A stretch of DNA of 64,000 bases from Candidatus Kapaibacterium sp. Lineage in GTDB: Bacteria; Bacteroidota; Ignavibacteria; Kapaibacteriales; UBA2268. Below are positions 31,130 to 41,236 of the stretch, piece by piece. Under the pieces are notes generated by a model that ran no database searches, had not been told where the DNA came from, and saw only the letters and a program-made list of their open reading frames with translations. Both the position numbers and the translations under genes were made by a program. The first letter of the stretch is position 1; each line of letters opens with the position of its first letter. The stretch covers positions 4,960,001-5,024,000 of the forward strand of contig OY762428.1 of assembly GCA_963665665.1 (NCBI GenBank), given 5' to 3'.

Positions 31130-32330
31130 GTGCCTGCTTGGTTTGCCTCATTATACTCTTATCTGGCCTCATTATACTCTTATCTGGCCTCATTATACTC
31201 TTATCTGGCCTCATTACTTGCTTGGTTGGCTACATTATCCACTTTTCCTGCCTCATTTTACTCTTAGCTGGTCTCATTGCCTGCTTGTCCTGCCTCATTT
31301 TACTCTTAGCTGGTCTCATTGCATTCTTGTTCCGCCTTGTTAAAGTCTTGTTATACTTCGTTATCTTCTTGTTTGACATTAAAATCCAAAAGGTACAAAT
31401 TAGAAACGCCTATTGATACAATTAATAATCAAATATTGAATCCAAAATATGAAATATTATACTAATTGTACTAAATATATAGTATTTATAATAATATATT
31501 TAATATATCTAAGCCTTGATATAGTTCATCTAACTAAATTATTTATGTAAATAACTAAATAAATAATATAAATAATGAAATAAACGATATAATCAATTAA
31601 TTTAATTATATAAACTATTAAATATCAATTTTAACCAATTAATTAAACAGTATATCTAATTTGTTAGGACAATTAAATATAGTCTTAGATGAATTATTAA
31701 TTTTATAAAAGCAGAATGATAAATTATTAGATATATTGATTAATATCTTAGATTAATTAGAAATTTGATTAGATGTATTATTAATATTGTAAATCAATAT
31801 GATTATTTACTAATTTGATAAATATATTTATTACAGTCATTTAGATATTTATTAGTTTTAATCATATATTTTATAATTAAAATAATTTAAATAATATAAT
31901 CAGTTGGATATTCCGGATTTCAACGCTAAAGATGCAATTATTACCACAAACCAAAGTAGAAATAGTTTGAAACTTTGGTGATTTGCTTTGGACCCCTCCC
32001 AAACCCTCCCCGAAGGAGAGGGCTTTGAAGAAAAACAAGACGGCAACAGTATCAAACTTTGGTGATTTGCTTTGGACCCCTCCCAAACCCTCCCCGAAGG
32101 AGAGGGCTTTGAAGAAAAACAAGACGGCAACAGTATCAAACTTTGGTGAATTGCTTTGGACCCCTCCCAAACCCTCCCCGAAGGAGAGGGCTTTGAAGAA
32201 AAACAAGACGGCAACAGTATCAAACTTTGGTGAATTGCTTTGGACCCCTCCCAAACCCTCCCCGAAGGAGAGGGCTTTGAAGGAAAACAAGGCAATAAAA
32301 GAATAAACCATCGGTGTATTGCTTCTTACC
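31130..32330. repeat. Dispersed element type 2, copy A (21-bp repeats, extreme AT-rich core, 84-bp repeats)
   Basis: Inverted homolog at about 60040-61330; shared blocks include AAGCCTTGATATAGTT, TTGTTAGGACAATTAAATAT and GGATTTCAACGCTA. Confidence 0.85.
31970..32296. repeat. 84-bp tandem repeat, 4 units, each with a CCCTCCCCGAAGGAGAGGG hairpin
   Basis: Units start at 31970, 32054, 32138 and 32222 and are nearly identical. Confidence 0.95.
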
Positions 32331-32671
32331 CTTACAACTTCCCCCCGGCCCATTCCTTCGTAAGGAGGGGGAGTTAATCTTATGATATTTAATTTCTTAT
32401 TCTATCATCACTGAGTCGGGGATTACAGGGGTGGTTTTCTTGATTTGCTTCAGTACAAGGCTGCAATGATTTATGCTATCCGGATTTACAAAAGCGGAAT
32501 CAGTCTTTTGTTTTTTGGGTAATGAGTTATTTGTAAAATTTTCACTCTGGTAACATTAATTGATATTGAATTAAAAATTATATAGCGTTCATAATATTGA
32601 TAAGATATGGTTAATCCTGTTAATTTTATTATTTTCAATGAAATATTGAATTATTTTTTCAGATATAAATT

Positions 32672-33439
32672 ATGATGAAATTTAAACTGACAATAGTATT
32701 ACTTTTATTTCCGATAATTATCCTTGCTGACGAGGCCGCTAATGTTTGCGAGTACCCTGAAATACCGCCAAAATACGATCCCGAAATGCTCGAAAACAAT
32801 ATTATTTACCCCGAGTTCGCCCTGGAAATCGGGCTTGATGCTAAAGTAAGCGTGAACGTACTTGTGAGCGATTCGGGGAAAGTGCTGCAAACAAAAATCC
32901 AGAAAAGCGATTATAAATTTTTTGAGTTTGCGGCAATTGACGCGGTTAAGAAACTTGAGTTTACTCCTGCGAAAATGGGAAGGAAAAATGTTACAGCATG
33001 GGCGCAGGTTGATGTAAAGTTTGATATTACGAACCACGGGAAATCTCCCCGCGAGAAAATGAAAAGTATTCTGTTTGAAGAACCCAGGCCGGGATTTAAA
33101 ATTCTGGAAGTCAGGCGCGGCTTTGGGGATGCTGTTCAATCCGGACAGAAAGTATATGTAAATTATACTGCCTACAAGGCAAACGGAGAGAAAATTTGTT
33201 CTTCATTCGACAGGTACAGGCCCGTATGCTTCCAGCTTGGCAAGAAAGAAGCCCTTCGCGGCTTGGAGGAAACTGTATTGGATATGCGTATTCGCGGCAA
33301 GCGCCTTGCGGTGATTCCGGAGTACTACCAGATTGGCGGAGAGATACCAAACATTCCGGAAAATGAAAACATCGGCGATATAATCGTTATGGTGGAACTT
33401 GTCCGCGCCGAGGATGTGGTGATAAAGATGAAGTATTGA
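32672..33439 (+). CDS. TonB C-terminal domain fused to FKBP-type peptidyl-prolyl isomerase domain
   Basis: IIYPEFALEIG...FEFAAIDAVKKLEFTPA followed by GFGDAVQSGQKVYVNYTA...SSFDR...GLEETVLDMRIRGKRLAVIP...VELV. Confidence 0.8.
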   Translation: MMKFKLTIVLLLFPIIILADEAANVCEYPEIPPKYDPEMLENNIIYPEFALEIGLDAKVSVNVLVSDSGKVLQTKIQKSDYKFFEFAAIDAVKKLEFTPAKMGRKNVTAWAQVDVKFDITNHGKSPREKMKSILFEEPRPGFKILEVRRGFGDAVQSGQKVYVNYTAYKANGEKICSSFDRYRPVCFQLGKKEALRGLEETVLDMRIRGKRLAVIPEYYQIGGEIPNIPENENIGDIIVMVELVRAEDVVIKMKY

Positions 33440-33577
33440 GTTGTGGGGGATTATGATTATATCAAATAATTGATACTCCGGGCTTTTAAAGTAAATAATT
33501 ATCCGATAAAGTTTACTTTGCGAATGATTTAGATTGTACGCATTTTAGGAGTAGGGAATGGATTCAATAGTTGTTCT

Positions 33578-34030
33578 TTATGATTTTGAATATTGCTCTG
33601 ATTTCCATTTCAATAGAGAATTTATATCTAAAGCCGGCATAATATAACGGCCAAAAGGAAAATTGCCTGTTAAATTACTAATTTGCATACGAAGATTTCC
33701 GATGGCAATGCCAATAGCGGAGATTGATTTCAAATTTTTTTCCTCAGCTTTTTTTAGATCAGCAGCGTCTGGAATTGAAAATATTGTCAGACTTTCAGCA
33801 AATATCCTGTATCCGGCTTTTGGTTTAGACCCATTGTTTATTATTGCCTTTGAAAATACATGAAACTGAGTATCATTAATCTCCTTAACAAAGAAATCAA
33901 TATCAACGACATAATTAATAAAAATTTCGTCTATCGCGTCTTTTTCATCAATATCCTGTTCAACAACTTCTATGTTTGATTTTAAAAGGAAACTGTCAAT
34001 CATATTAAGCGGACTTGGTATCAGCTTCAA
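33578..34030 (-). CDS. SecB-like chaperone of a TAC module
   Basis: 150 aa with C-terminal LRMQISNLTGNFPFGRYIMPALDI, resembling SecB; overlaps the antitoxin gene. Confidence 0.65.
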   Translation of the reverse strand: MKLIPSPLNMIDSFLLKSNIEVVEQDIDEKDAIDEIFINYVVDIDFFVKEINDTQFHVFSKAIINNGSKPKAGYRIFAESLTIFSIPDAADLKKAEEKNLKSISAIGIAIGNLRMQISNLTGNFPFGRYIMPALDINSLLKWKSEQYSKS

Positions 34031-34496
34031 AATAACCTCCGATATTACTAATTTCCGTACTATGAAAATATTTTTTTAGTCGATCTGCAGTTCTGTAGTT
34101 TGATCTGATTTTATATTCTTCAAATTTCACGATATTGGATGAAATATGTGATTTTTCATCAAAAGCATCTTTGTAGCAGCTTAATTCTTCATCCGTGCAA
34201 ACTTTAAATTTTATTCCCAATGCTTTCTGAATTTTCGCGAGGAATCTCATATTAATAGTTTTATCGCCTCGGAGAACCTGAGTAATGTAACTCGGAGATG
34301 AGTTGATTTTTTTTGCAAGCTCTTTCTTAGTAATTTTGTGTTCAATTAAATGAGTTTGGATAATCGAGATAAATTCAATCGAAATAACTCGGCTGTCATG
34401 CTCAATCTTTTCATCCTCAGTTTTAATTTCCAATAAATCAAGGAAAGCATTGCGGATTGCTTCATTATTCTTCAATTTCATGTTCATACTCGCCAA
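34005..34496 (-). CDS. XRE/HigA-like HTH antitoxin with C-terminal extension
   Basis: ITKKELAKKINSSPSYITQVLRGDKTINMRFLAKIQKALG HTH, then a low-structure tail of about 60 aa. Confidence 0.8.
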   Translation of the reverse strand: MASMNMKLKNNEAIRNAFLDLLEIKTEDEKIEHDSRVISIEFISIIQTHLIEHKITKKELAKKINSSPSYITQVLRGDKTINMRFLAKIQKALGIKFKVCTDEELSCYKDAFDEKSHISSNIVKFEEYKIRSNYRTADRLKKYFHSTEISNIGGYFEADTKSA

Positions 34497-34863
34497 CTTT
34501 TCGAATTAATTTTTCTAATTTTTTGTCAATTTTATTTGTTTTTTTTCTTAGCACTAATTCTGTCATTACTATGTATATTATGCCGTTTCGTTTATATTCC
34601 TTGCAGTATATCCTTGCATTTTCCTGGCCTACAAAAAATCTTATTGCCCATACATCTTTTGTTAATTCGTCAATTTGTTCATGTTTATAAATATCCTTCA
34701 ATTGTCGTTTATTATTTACAACAACAACCTCGCAGAAAAATTTGAATTTTTTATTATGCCTGTCATTCTTAAAAAGGAACGAATAAATTTCTTCCGAATT
34801 GGTTTTATCAACACAAAGAACAATTTTTTTCGTTTTTAACAAAATTACTGCTTTCCGTTTCAT
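34465..34863 (-). CDS. HigB/RelE-like toxin
   Basis: Small basic protein upstream of and overlapping the HTH gene; VWAIRF...NARIYC...RKKTNK pattern. Confidence 0.65.
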   Translation of the reverse strand: MKRKAVILLKTKKIVLCVDKTNSEEIYSFLFKNDRHNKKFKFFCEVVVVNNKRQLKDIYKHEQIDELTKDVWAIRFFVGQENARIYCKEYKRNGIIYIVMTELVLRKKTNKIDKKLEKLIRKVGEYEHEIEE

Positions 34864-35156
34864 AAATTAAGCTATAGGTTAATTAATTCCAAGTTTTTTA
34901 TTTCCGGAATTCTCAGGAGAATCTCCAAATGTAATTGAATCATTATAATATAATATTTTCAAGTATATGAATAGTTATGTTATAAACAAATAATCAGCGA
35001 CAATTTTTTATAGTGTGCAAGTGTTTTTTTCAAATATTTATTAGTAGCATAAAAATAAAATAATTGTAATGACTTTTTTTTTAACAAAAAACAATTATTA
35101 CGTCATACGCTTTAATTATTTCCATTTCTTTTTTTTAGGGAAAATGTAATTTAATA

Positions 35157-35831
35157 TCATTTGTATAGTAATATGGTATACCAAACTACTGTCAAAACCA
35201 GAACTGCTGTCAAAAGCTGAGCTGTTATCAAAACCAGTGCTGCTGTTAGTATTATATTGATCCATTCCATTTTAAATTCCTTTAGAGGTAGTAATATCAT
35301 TGAATTAGGATGGTTATTAAAATATATATTTAAAGCAAGAATAATAATTATCGCATGTAGCCCAATGAATACCCAGGGTATATTCTTTTCAATATCGGTA
35401 AACAATTTACTTTTTTCTTTTTTTTGCCACTCAGATCTGAAGGGAGATATTGGTAGCTGTTCTTCCATTTGATATATAATTTTAAATTTTCTCAGGTTGA
35501 TTTCACTATATACTTTTACCAATCTCCACCAGAAACAACAAATAATAATAGCGGCAATTGAGAGGACTATTGGCAGCATTATTTCTGTATTCTTCCCAGT
35601 TATATACCCGTTAATACCAATAAGTGCGGTGTTTATCGTCAGAAAAAAGCTATTGGCTGTTAACCTCCGGTTACTGACCTTGTGGGTAGTACCAACGTAG
35701 GTTTTATACATTTCAAGAGTATGAGGATGGTAATTTTCTCCATACTCGTCCCTACTGCAATTGGTTTTCAAATCTAATTTTAAATCTTTCATAAGTAATT
35801 CCCGGTTAAAATGGTTGCAGAGTAGTATCAA
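35157..35831 (-). CDS. Membrane protein resembling the RipA/8xMP oligomeric membrane family
   Basis: LEMYKTYV...VSNRRLTANSFFLTINTAL, WWRLVKVYSEIN..KFKIIYQMEEQLP..PF..EW and IEKNIPWVF; likely start MKDLKL. Confidence 0.55.
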   Translation of the reverse strand: MILLCNHFNRELLMKDLKLDLKTNCSRDEYGENYHPHTLEMYKTYVGTTHKVSNRRLTANSFFLTINTALIGINGYITGKNTEIMLPIVLSIAAIIICCFWWRLVKVYSEINLRKFKIIYQMEEQLPISPFRSEWQKKEKSKLFTDIEKNIPWVFIGLHAIIIILALNIYFNNHPNSMILLPLKEFKMEWINIILTAALVLITAQLLTAVLVLTVVWYTILLYK

Positions 35832-36001
35832 TCAAATTTTCCCCAATTAAAATGGGGATTTTTCTAATGGCCAGTAGTAATTATATTCATTGCCATTTCA
35901 TGTGTGTGTTTGTGAATTATCTGTTTGATTTTATTCAATACTAAGATAGAAAACGAATATGTTTTTTGCAAGGAAAAAAGTACATATTATTGCAGAAAAT
36001 G

Positions 36002-36040
36002 AAAAAAAATCATCCGATAATTTTTAGTTACCGGATGATT
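36002..36040 (-). terminator. Terminator after the large T9SS gene
   Basis: AATCATCCGATAA...TTACCGGATGATT stem preceded by an A run. Confidence 0.65.
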
Positions 36041-36062
36041 GAAAAATGAGATATTGCAATAA

Positions 36063-39000
36063 TTATTTCAGCACAACAACACGAAGGCTGTAGGCTCTTC
36101 CTGCATTGCTGTATCTCAGGTGGTAAACGCCCGAGGGAATATTAAGAGCACTTATATCAAGGCTGTATGAGCCTCGCTGGGCGTGTTGCTTTTCGCCCTT
36201 GTATATAATATTTCCAAGGTTGTCTGACAGTTCGAAACGGGAGAGGCCGCCGCCGGCTTTGTAAACAATATGTATGTTCTCAGAGGCCGGGTTTGGGGAA
36301 CAACTAAGACTAATCTCTTCAGGATTGTCGTTTATACCAAGAATGCTCCCCGGAGCGGCGTTCATAATTGTAATGGCATCCTGGATATATTTCAGTTGCT
36401 CGTTGAAGGCCTTGCCAACTAAGTTATGAACGTAGGAAATATCAAGTGTGTATTCATTGTCCGTTGAGGTGTTGAAATAGCGTATGTTTAGGCTTTCGTT
36501 GTCGCCTGCGCCGTCTTTTTCGGCAGTGGAGCGGTTATTGCCCCAGATAGTAACAACAGCTTTGTTATCAGCAACAACCGCGGAACCGACAAGTATGTTG
36601 TCATTTGTATATACCCCGATTTCGTCTCCGTTATTCAGTCCTGGTGATTCAATCACAAGAACTGAACTGTTACCGGTTTTGTCATTATATCCTGAATAAT
36701 GCAGCCCGGCAAGGGCGGGTTTGATCTTTCCGGACGGAGGAGCCACGGGCGCATTAGGGCCGTCGGGATAATAGAAATTATATATATTTATCTTAGATGC
36801 AATTTTGTATCCTTCGCCTTCGTTCATAGTACCAATCTGGTCTATTCCGTATTGAGGGAAGTATATCTCGCCGGCGCCGTTCTTCACCATTAGCAGGCTG
36901 TCAATCATTCTTGCCAGCGCTGTAGCCACCGGAAGCGAACCGTCTGGCAGGTAAGAAATCAAATACCACTTCAATCGATCGAAGCTCATACGGTATTCCT
37001 CGGGATCTGCTTTAACGCCCCGTAATACAAGCCAGGCATCTTCGTTCATATAAATCTGGTAACCGTTTGTAATATCCCATTCACTAATGGTATTAATATT
37101 TTCATCAGGATAATACACGCCGTCGTTATCGTCCTTCATATAATCCATTGGCTCACGAATATCGGAAAGCAGAGTTTCAATTTCAGTGGTTTCGCCCTCA
37201 AGATTCTGGCTTATCAAACTCCATTCAAGTCCGGGAAGGAAAATCCTGAGTTCTTCGAAAGTTGTAAATTTACTGAGAATACTGATTGCATCCTGCGCGT
37301 AATTGTCGGGCCCGGAAAGGTATTCCGCCGAGGCATTCATTTCTAATCCTTCGGCAGCATCCCAAACTTTGAACTTATATGTCTCTTCGCTTGCAAAGCC
37401 GTCTTTAAGTGCTGTCCTGACATTATCGCCCCATACTGTGATTGCCAGGTTATGGTTGTCAACCCATAATCCGTATCCAGCGCAAATCCATACGCCATCG
37501 CGGTCGTAGAATAATCCGATAGCATCGCGGTTCTGAACAAATCTGCCATTTACTTCAGGATTTATTGAATAAGGAACTACGATTACAGCGTTCTGGCCGG
37601 TTTTTGCAGTGAAACGCCAGGAAACCGGAACAGGGTAGTGTCCGCCGCGAATCCTGAAAAGATCATTGCTGTTATCATTAACAGTCGGGATTTCCGTATC
37701 TGTAATTCTTATACGGCATTCTGTTGACGGAGTATTGGGAATAACCCAGTTGTGCGATCCTATTGAAGCGTCAACATCATTTGCTATTGTGTACCATGTA
37801 ATACCATTATCATAAGTGTAATCAATATCAACTTTGTTAACGTTTATACTTGTCCATTTTATCTGATGAACATCGCCTACGTCGAGAACTTCAGCTCCAT
37901 TTGGATAACTGATAAGAATTCCCTCGTCCATAATAGTAAATAACCGGTCATTCTGATCGGTATGAATTGGCGAATCCAGAGCGCTTAGTTTAATAACACA
38001 CTGGCTGGATGCAACCTGCGGAACCGTCCACGCATAAGTTCCCGGTGCTGCGGGAGTGTTGGATATAATAGTTGTCCAGTTGTTACCCGAGTCGGTTGAA
38101 TATTCGATCTTAATATTATCAATACTGATGCTTTCCCAGGTGATATTTTGTGTTGTACCTGAAATCCATGTAGGCGCATCAACGGGATTGATTAATAACA
38201 GGCCTTTAATTTCGAAAACACCGGTAGTCTGGTCAGATATTGCAGAGCGTTCGGTATCCATAATTCTCAGCAGGCATTTGTCTGAAGGAGTGTTTGGAAT
38301 AACCCATGAGTATGCGCCAACGGTAGCGGAATATGATTCTTCCAGAATAATCCAGTTTGCGCCGTTGTCTGTTGAATAATCTATCCTGATATTGTCAACA
38401 CCTGCAGAGCGCCATGCAATTGAACTAACAAGGCCATAAAGAAGTTTTTCGCCACTGGCGGGATAAATCAGGTCAAGGCCGAATATTGAAAACTGGGCAT
38501 CACTGATATCATATATATCTTCAACATATTGGGGAGTTATCTTAACAAGACACCTTGTGCCGGGTGCTCTTGGCGCTGTCCAGGAATACTTCCCGAGAGT
38601 AGCATCGATATTCTGGGCAATAAATTTCCATGTGGCTCCGCCATCAGTTGAATATGATAGTTTTATATAATCAATTCTTTCACTTGTCCAGGTTATATCA
38701 TTTGTTGCACCCACGAACCATTGTTCGCCTCCGTTTGGCGAAGTTATAGTGATCTTCATGTTGGGATCAAATATTTTAAATACCGAAGCAGTTGTACTTG
38801 ATAATGTTGGGTCGGAATCGTCGAAAATCTTTATCAGACACTGGCTGGATGGCATATCCGGAACTGTCCATGACCATGAACCGGATGAAGCGCTTAAACC
38901 GCTGCCCTGGGGTATCCAGTTGCTTCCGTTATCTGTACTAAGCACAATGGAAATGGTAGTCACTAAATAGGAATCCCACCTTATTACCTGATTTGTAAGA

Positions 39001-41111
39001 ACTTCAAATTCTTCGCCACCTGCCGGATAGCTAAGATCAAGAACCGGAAGGCTTCCATCAAAAATCTCGAAAAGCCCGTCGCTAAGGCTTACTATTCCGC
39101 CGTTACTGCAATCATAAACCCTTATACGGCAATGCTGTGAGGTATAATTATTTACCGTCCAGGCAAAAGTTCCGTTTGCGGCAGGCTGATTAGCAGCGAT
39201 ATTTGTCCATGTTAGGCCGTTATCCGTTGTAAGCTCAATACAAACGAAATCAACATTGAATGAAGTCCAGGTAATGTTTTCTGTTGTTCCGGAAGGAATA
39301 ACTCTGCCGTCAAAATCTGCTGTCAGGTCAATTTCAGAGACATTTGAAATTGAGAAAGAAACTTCGTCGTAAACATCAGGGAAGCCGCTTTCATTAATTC
39401 TCAATATAATATCGGCTGATATATCCGGTATTGACCAGGGATAAATCCCAAGAGCCGCGTTTGCTGTGTTTACGATAGAAGTCCAGTTGTTTCCACCGTC
39501 AACTGAATATTTAATATCCACGTTGGAAATAATGGATGAAGTCCATGTAATATCATAGCTCTGATTCGCTTCGATTACGGCTCCGTCTGACGGGGCAGTA
39601 ATATCCAATCCTACAATGGAGAAATTACTATTGCTGTGTGATGTTTCCATTGTGTTCAATGGATTGGTTAACCTTACGCGGCAGGTTGTTCTGTGATTAG
39701 CCGGAACAGTCCAGTTATAGCTTCCGGCAGGAGCGCTGACACTGTTTTGGATTGTACTCCAGTTTGTACCGCCGTCAGATGAAAATTCAATATCAATATT
39801 TGCAATTGCGTTTGACGTCCATTCGATCGGATAGATCGAACCCGATTTCAGATGCTCGCCACCGTCAGGAGTTACAAGCGAAAGATTGTTCTGTGCTATC
39901 GTGAAAACGTCATCTGAAGCATCGAAAACACCGGGGTGATAATCTGATGATACTCTTACAAGTGCGTTATTTGTTAGCGTTGAAGGTATTGTCCAGTCGT
40001 ATAGAAGATTAGTAACCGGTACCGAGGCAACATCAATCCAGTTGGTTCCGTTATTGGTAGAGTATTGAATATTAATATCGGAATTTACATTAACATGTGT
40101 CCATTTTATCTGGTAAATACTTCCTGCCACAAGATGTTCGGCGCCGTTCGGCTGGGTAACGTTTATCTGTTCCTCAGAACCTGCACCGCCGTCAGTTGTT
40201 TTGAATACAGAACCATTTGATCCGACAGAGTAGAAAGTATTACTACCAGGGGAGGAAACGTCGTATAATATCTCATCTTCGCCAACATACTGTACAATCC
40301 AGTCAGAACCCGAATTGGTTGTTTTTGCCAAAGCACCGTCAAGAGCTGTGGCCATACCATTGGCATTCCCATTAATGAAACCGGCTGAGTAAAGATGTCT
40401 GTCAATGGGAAAATTGTAAGCCGACCAGTTTGTACCTCCGTTTGTGGTTTTCAATGCTTCACCGGACTCACCCAGAATAAAACCGACACTTGAACTGAAG
40501 AAGCCAATTGCGCGGTAATATTTGCTGCCATTTGATAGTTCAAGGGTCCAAGTGGAACCGCCGTCGGTAGTTTTAATAACCACTTCAGAACCGACTGCGT
40601 AGCCTGTTGTTGGATCGATAAAATTCAGGTCATACAAGTCTGCTGTAGTAGGGGAAGCGATTACATTCCAGTTTGTGCCGCCGTTTGTGGTTCTAAGAAT
40701 TGTGCCGTTCAGGCCAACTGCCAAACCCTGAATATTATTAAAGAAATGAACAGCATTCAATGTGTTTGTTGTACCGGAAGTCTGATCCGACCAGTTGAAG
40801 CCGGCATCGGTTGATCTCATTATCATGCCTGATTCACCGACAGCCCATCCGTATGTATTTCCATAGAAATAAATATCATTAATTGTGTTTGAACCACTTA
40901 CAGGTATCTGGCTCCAGTTACTTCCGGCATCGGTTGTCTGATAAAATGTTCCATACTGCCCGCCTGTAAATCCTCTTTCGGATGTAAGGAAAAGAACGGA
41001 TCGAAGAGAATTATCATTCGGGAAACTAAGTTTTTCCCAACCGGAATAAAGGCTCTGGCCTGCAATTATCAGCGCAAGAAAAGCTGTTAAAAATAGTTTT
41101 CTGAAGTACAT
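36063..41111 (-). CDS. Large secreted protein: Ycf48/BNR beta-propeller, about 9 tandem Ig-like repeats, T9SS C-terminal domain
   Basis: T-T-D/N-G/A-G-x-N-W repeats; about 95-aa repeats (PNGGE...ITW...YSTDNG.NW...Y.W.VP...C.IRI); SPNPASE...GVYHLRY...VVVLK tail. Confidence 0.9.
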   Translation of the reverse strand: MYFRKLFLTAFLALIIAGQSLYSGWEKLSFPNDNSLRSVLFLTSERGFTGGQYGTFYQTTDAGSNWSQIPVSGSNTINDIYFYGNTYGWAVGESGMIMRSTDAGFNWSDQTSGTTNTLNAVHFFNNIQGLAVGLNGTILRTTNGGTNWNVIASPTTADLYDLNFIDPTTGYAVGSEVVIKTTDGGSTWTLELSNGSKYYRAIGFFSSSVGFILGESGEALKTTNGGTNWSAYNFPIDRHLYSAGFINGNANGMATALDGALAKTTNSGSDWIVQYVGEDEILYDVSSPGSNTFYSVGSNGSVFKTTDGGAGSEEQINVTQPNGAEHLVAGSIYQIKWTHVNVNSDINIQYSTNNGTNWIDVASVPVTNLLYDWTIPSTLTNNALVRVSSDYHPGVFDASDDVFTIAQNNLSLVTPDGGEHLKSGSIYPIEWTSNAIANIDIEFSSDGGTNWSTIQNSVSAPAGSYNWTVPANHRTTCRVRLTNPLNTMETSHSNSNFSIVGLDITAPSDGAVIEANQSYDITWTSSIISNVDIKYSVDGGNNWTSIVNTANAALGIYPWSIPDISADIILRINESGFPDVYDEVSFSISNVSEIDLTADFDGRVIPSGTTENITWTSFNVDFVCIELTTDNGLTWTNIAANQPAANGTFAWTVNNYTSQHCRIRVYDCSNGGIVSLSDGLFEIFDGSLPVLDLSYPAGGEEFEVLTNQVIRWDSYLVTTISIVLSTDNGSNWIPQGSGLSASSGSWSWTVPDMPSSQCLIKIFDDSDPTLSSTTASVFKIFDPNMKITITSPNGGEQWFVGATNDITWTSERIDYIKLSYSTDGGATWKFIAQNIDATLGKYSWTAPRAPGTRCLVKITPQYVEDIYDISDAQFSIFGLDLIYPASGEKLLYGLVSSIAWRSAGVDNIRIDYSTDNGANWIILEESYSATVGAYSWVIPNTPSDKCLLRIMDTERSAISDQTTGVFEIKGLLLINPVDAPTWISGTTQNITWESISIDNIKIEYSTDSGNNWTTIISNTPAAPGTYAWTVPQVASSQCVIKLSALDSPIHTDQNDRLFTIMDEGILISYPNGAEVLDVGDVHQIKWTSINVNKVDIDYTYDNGITWYTIANDVDASIGSHNWVIPNTPSTECRIRITDTEIPTVNDNSNDLFRIRGGHYPVPVSWRFTAKTGQNAVIVVPYSINPEVNGRFVQNRDAIGLFYDRDGVWICAGYGLWVDNHNLAITVWGDNVRTALKDGFASEETYKFKVWDAAEGLEMNASAEYLSGPDNYAQDAISILSKFTTFEELRIFLPGLEWSLISQNLEGETTEIETLLSDIREPMDYMKDDNDGVYYPDENINTISEWDITNGYQIYMNEDAWLVLRGVKADPEEYRMSFDRLKWYLISYLPDGSLPVATALARMIDSLLMVKNGAGEIYFPQYGIDQIGTMNEGEGYKIASKINIYNFYYPDGPNAPVAPPSGKIKPALAGLHYSGYNDKTGNSSVLVIESPGLNNGDEIGVYTNDNILVGSAVVADNKAVVTIWGNNRSTAEKDGAGDNESLNIRYFNTSTDNEYTLDISYVHNLVGKAFNEQLKYIQDAITIMNAAPGSILGINDNPEEISLSCSPNPASENIHIVYKAGGGLSRFELSDNLGNIIYKGEKQHAQRGSYSLDISALNIPSGVYHLRYSNAGRAYSLRVVVLK

Positions 41112-41236
41112 TATTAACCTCCCTGTGGTATAATCGCCATCATAGGCTTTATTTTTTCAATATTGTTTATCGATTTTAAGTAAATTGTATAATATTTATA
41201 ATTATCAATATATTAAGAGATATACTTGATAAATTT

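Noticed and set aside
31970-32296. 84-bp repeats as a CRISPR array
   Set aside because: Sequences between the hairpins are identical rather than unique spacers, and no cas genes are present.
31138-32353. Hydrophobic or repeat ORFs within element type 2 (also 59987-61442)
   Set aside because: Products of tandem repeats, open in multiple frames and not conserved in extent between copies; the LDQGSNN heptad frame at 60079-60393 has no counterpart in copy A.
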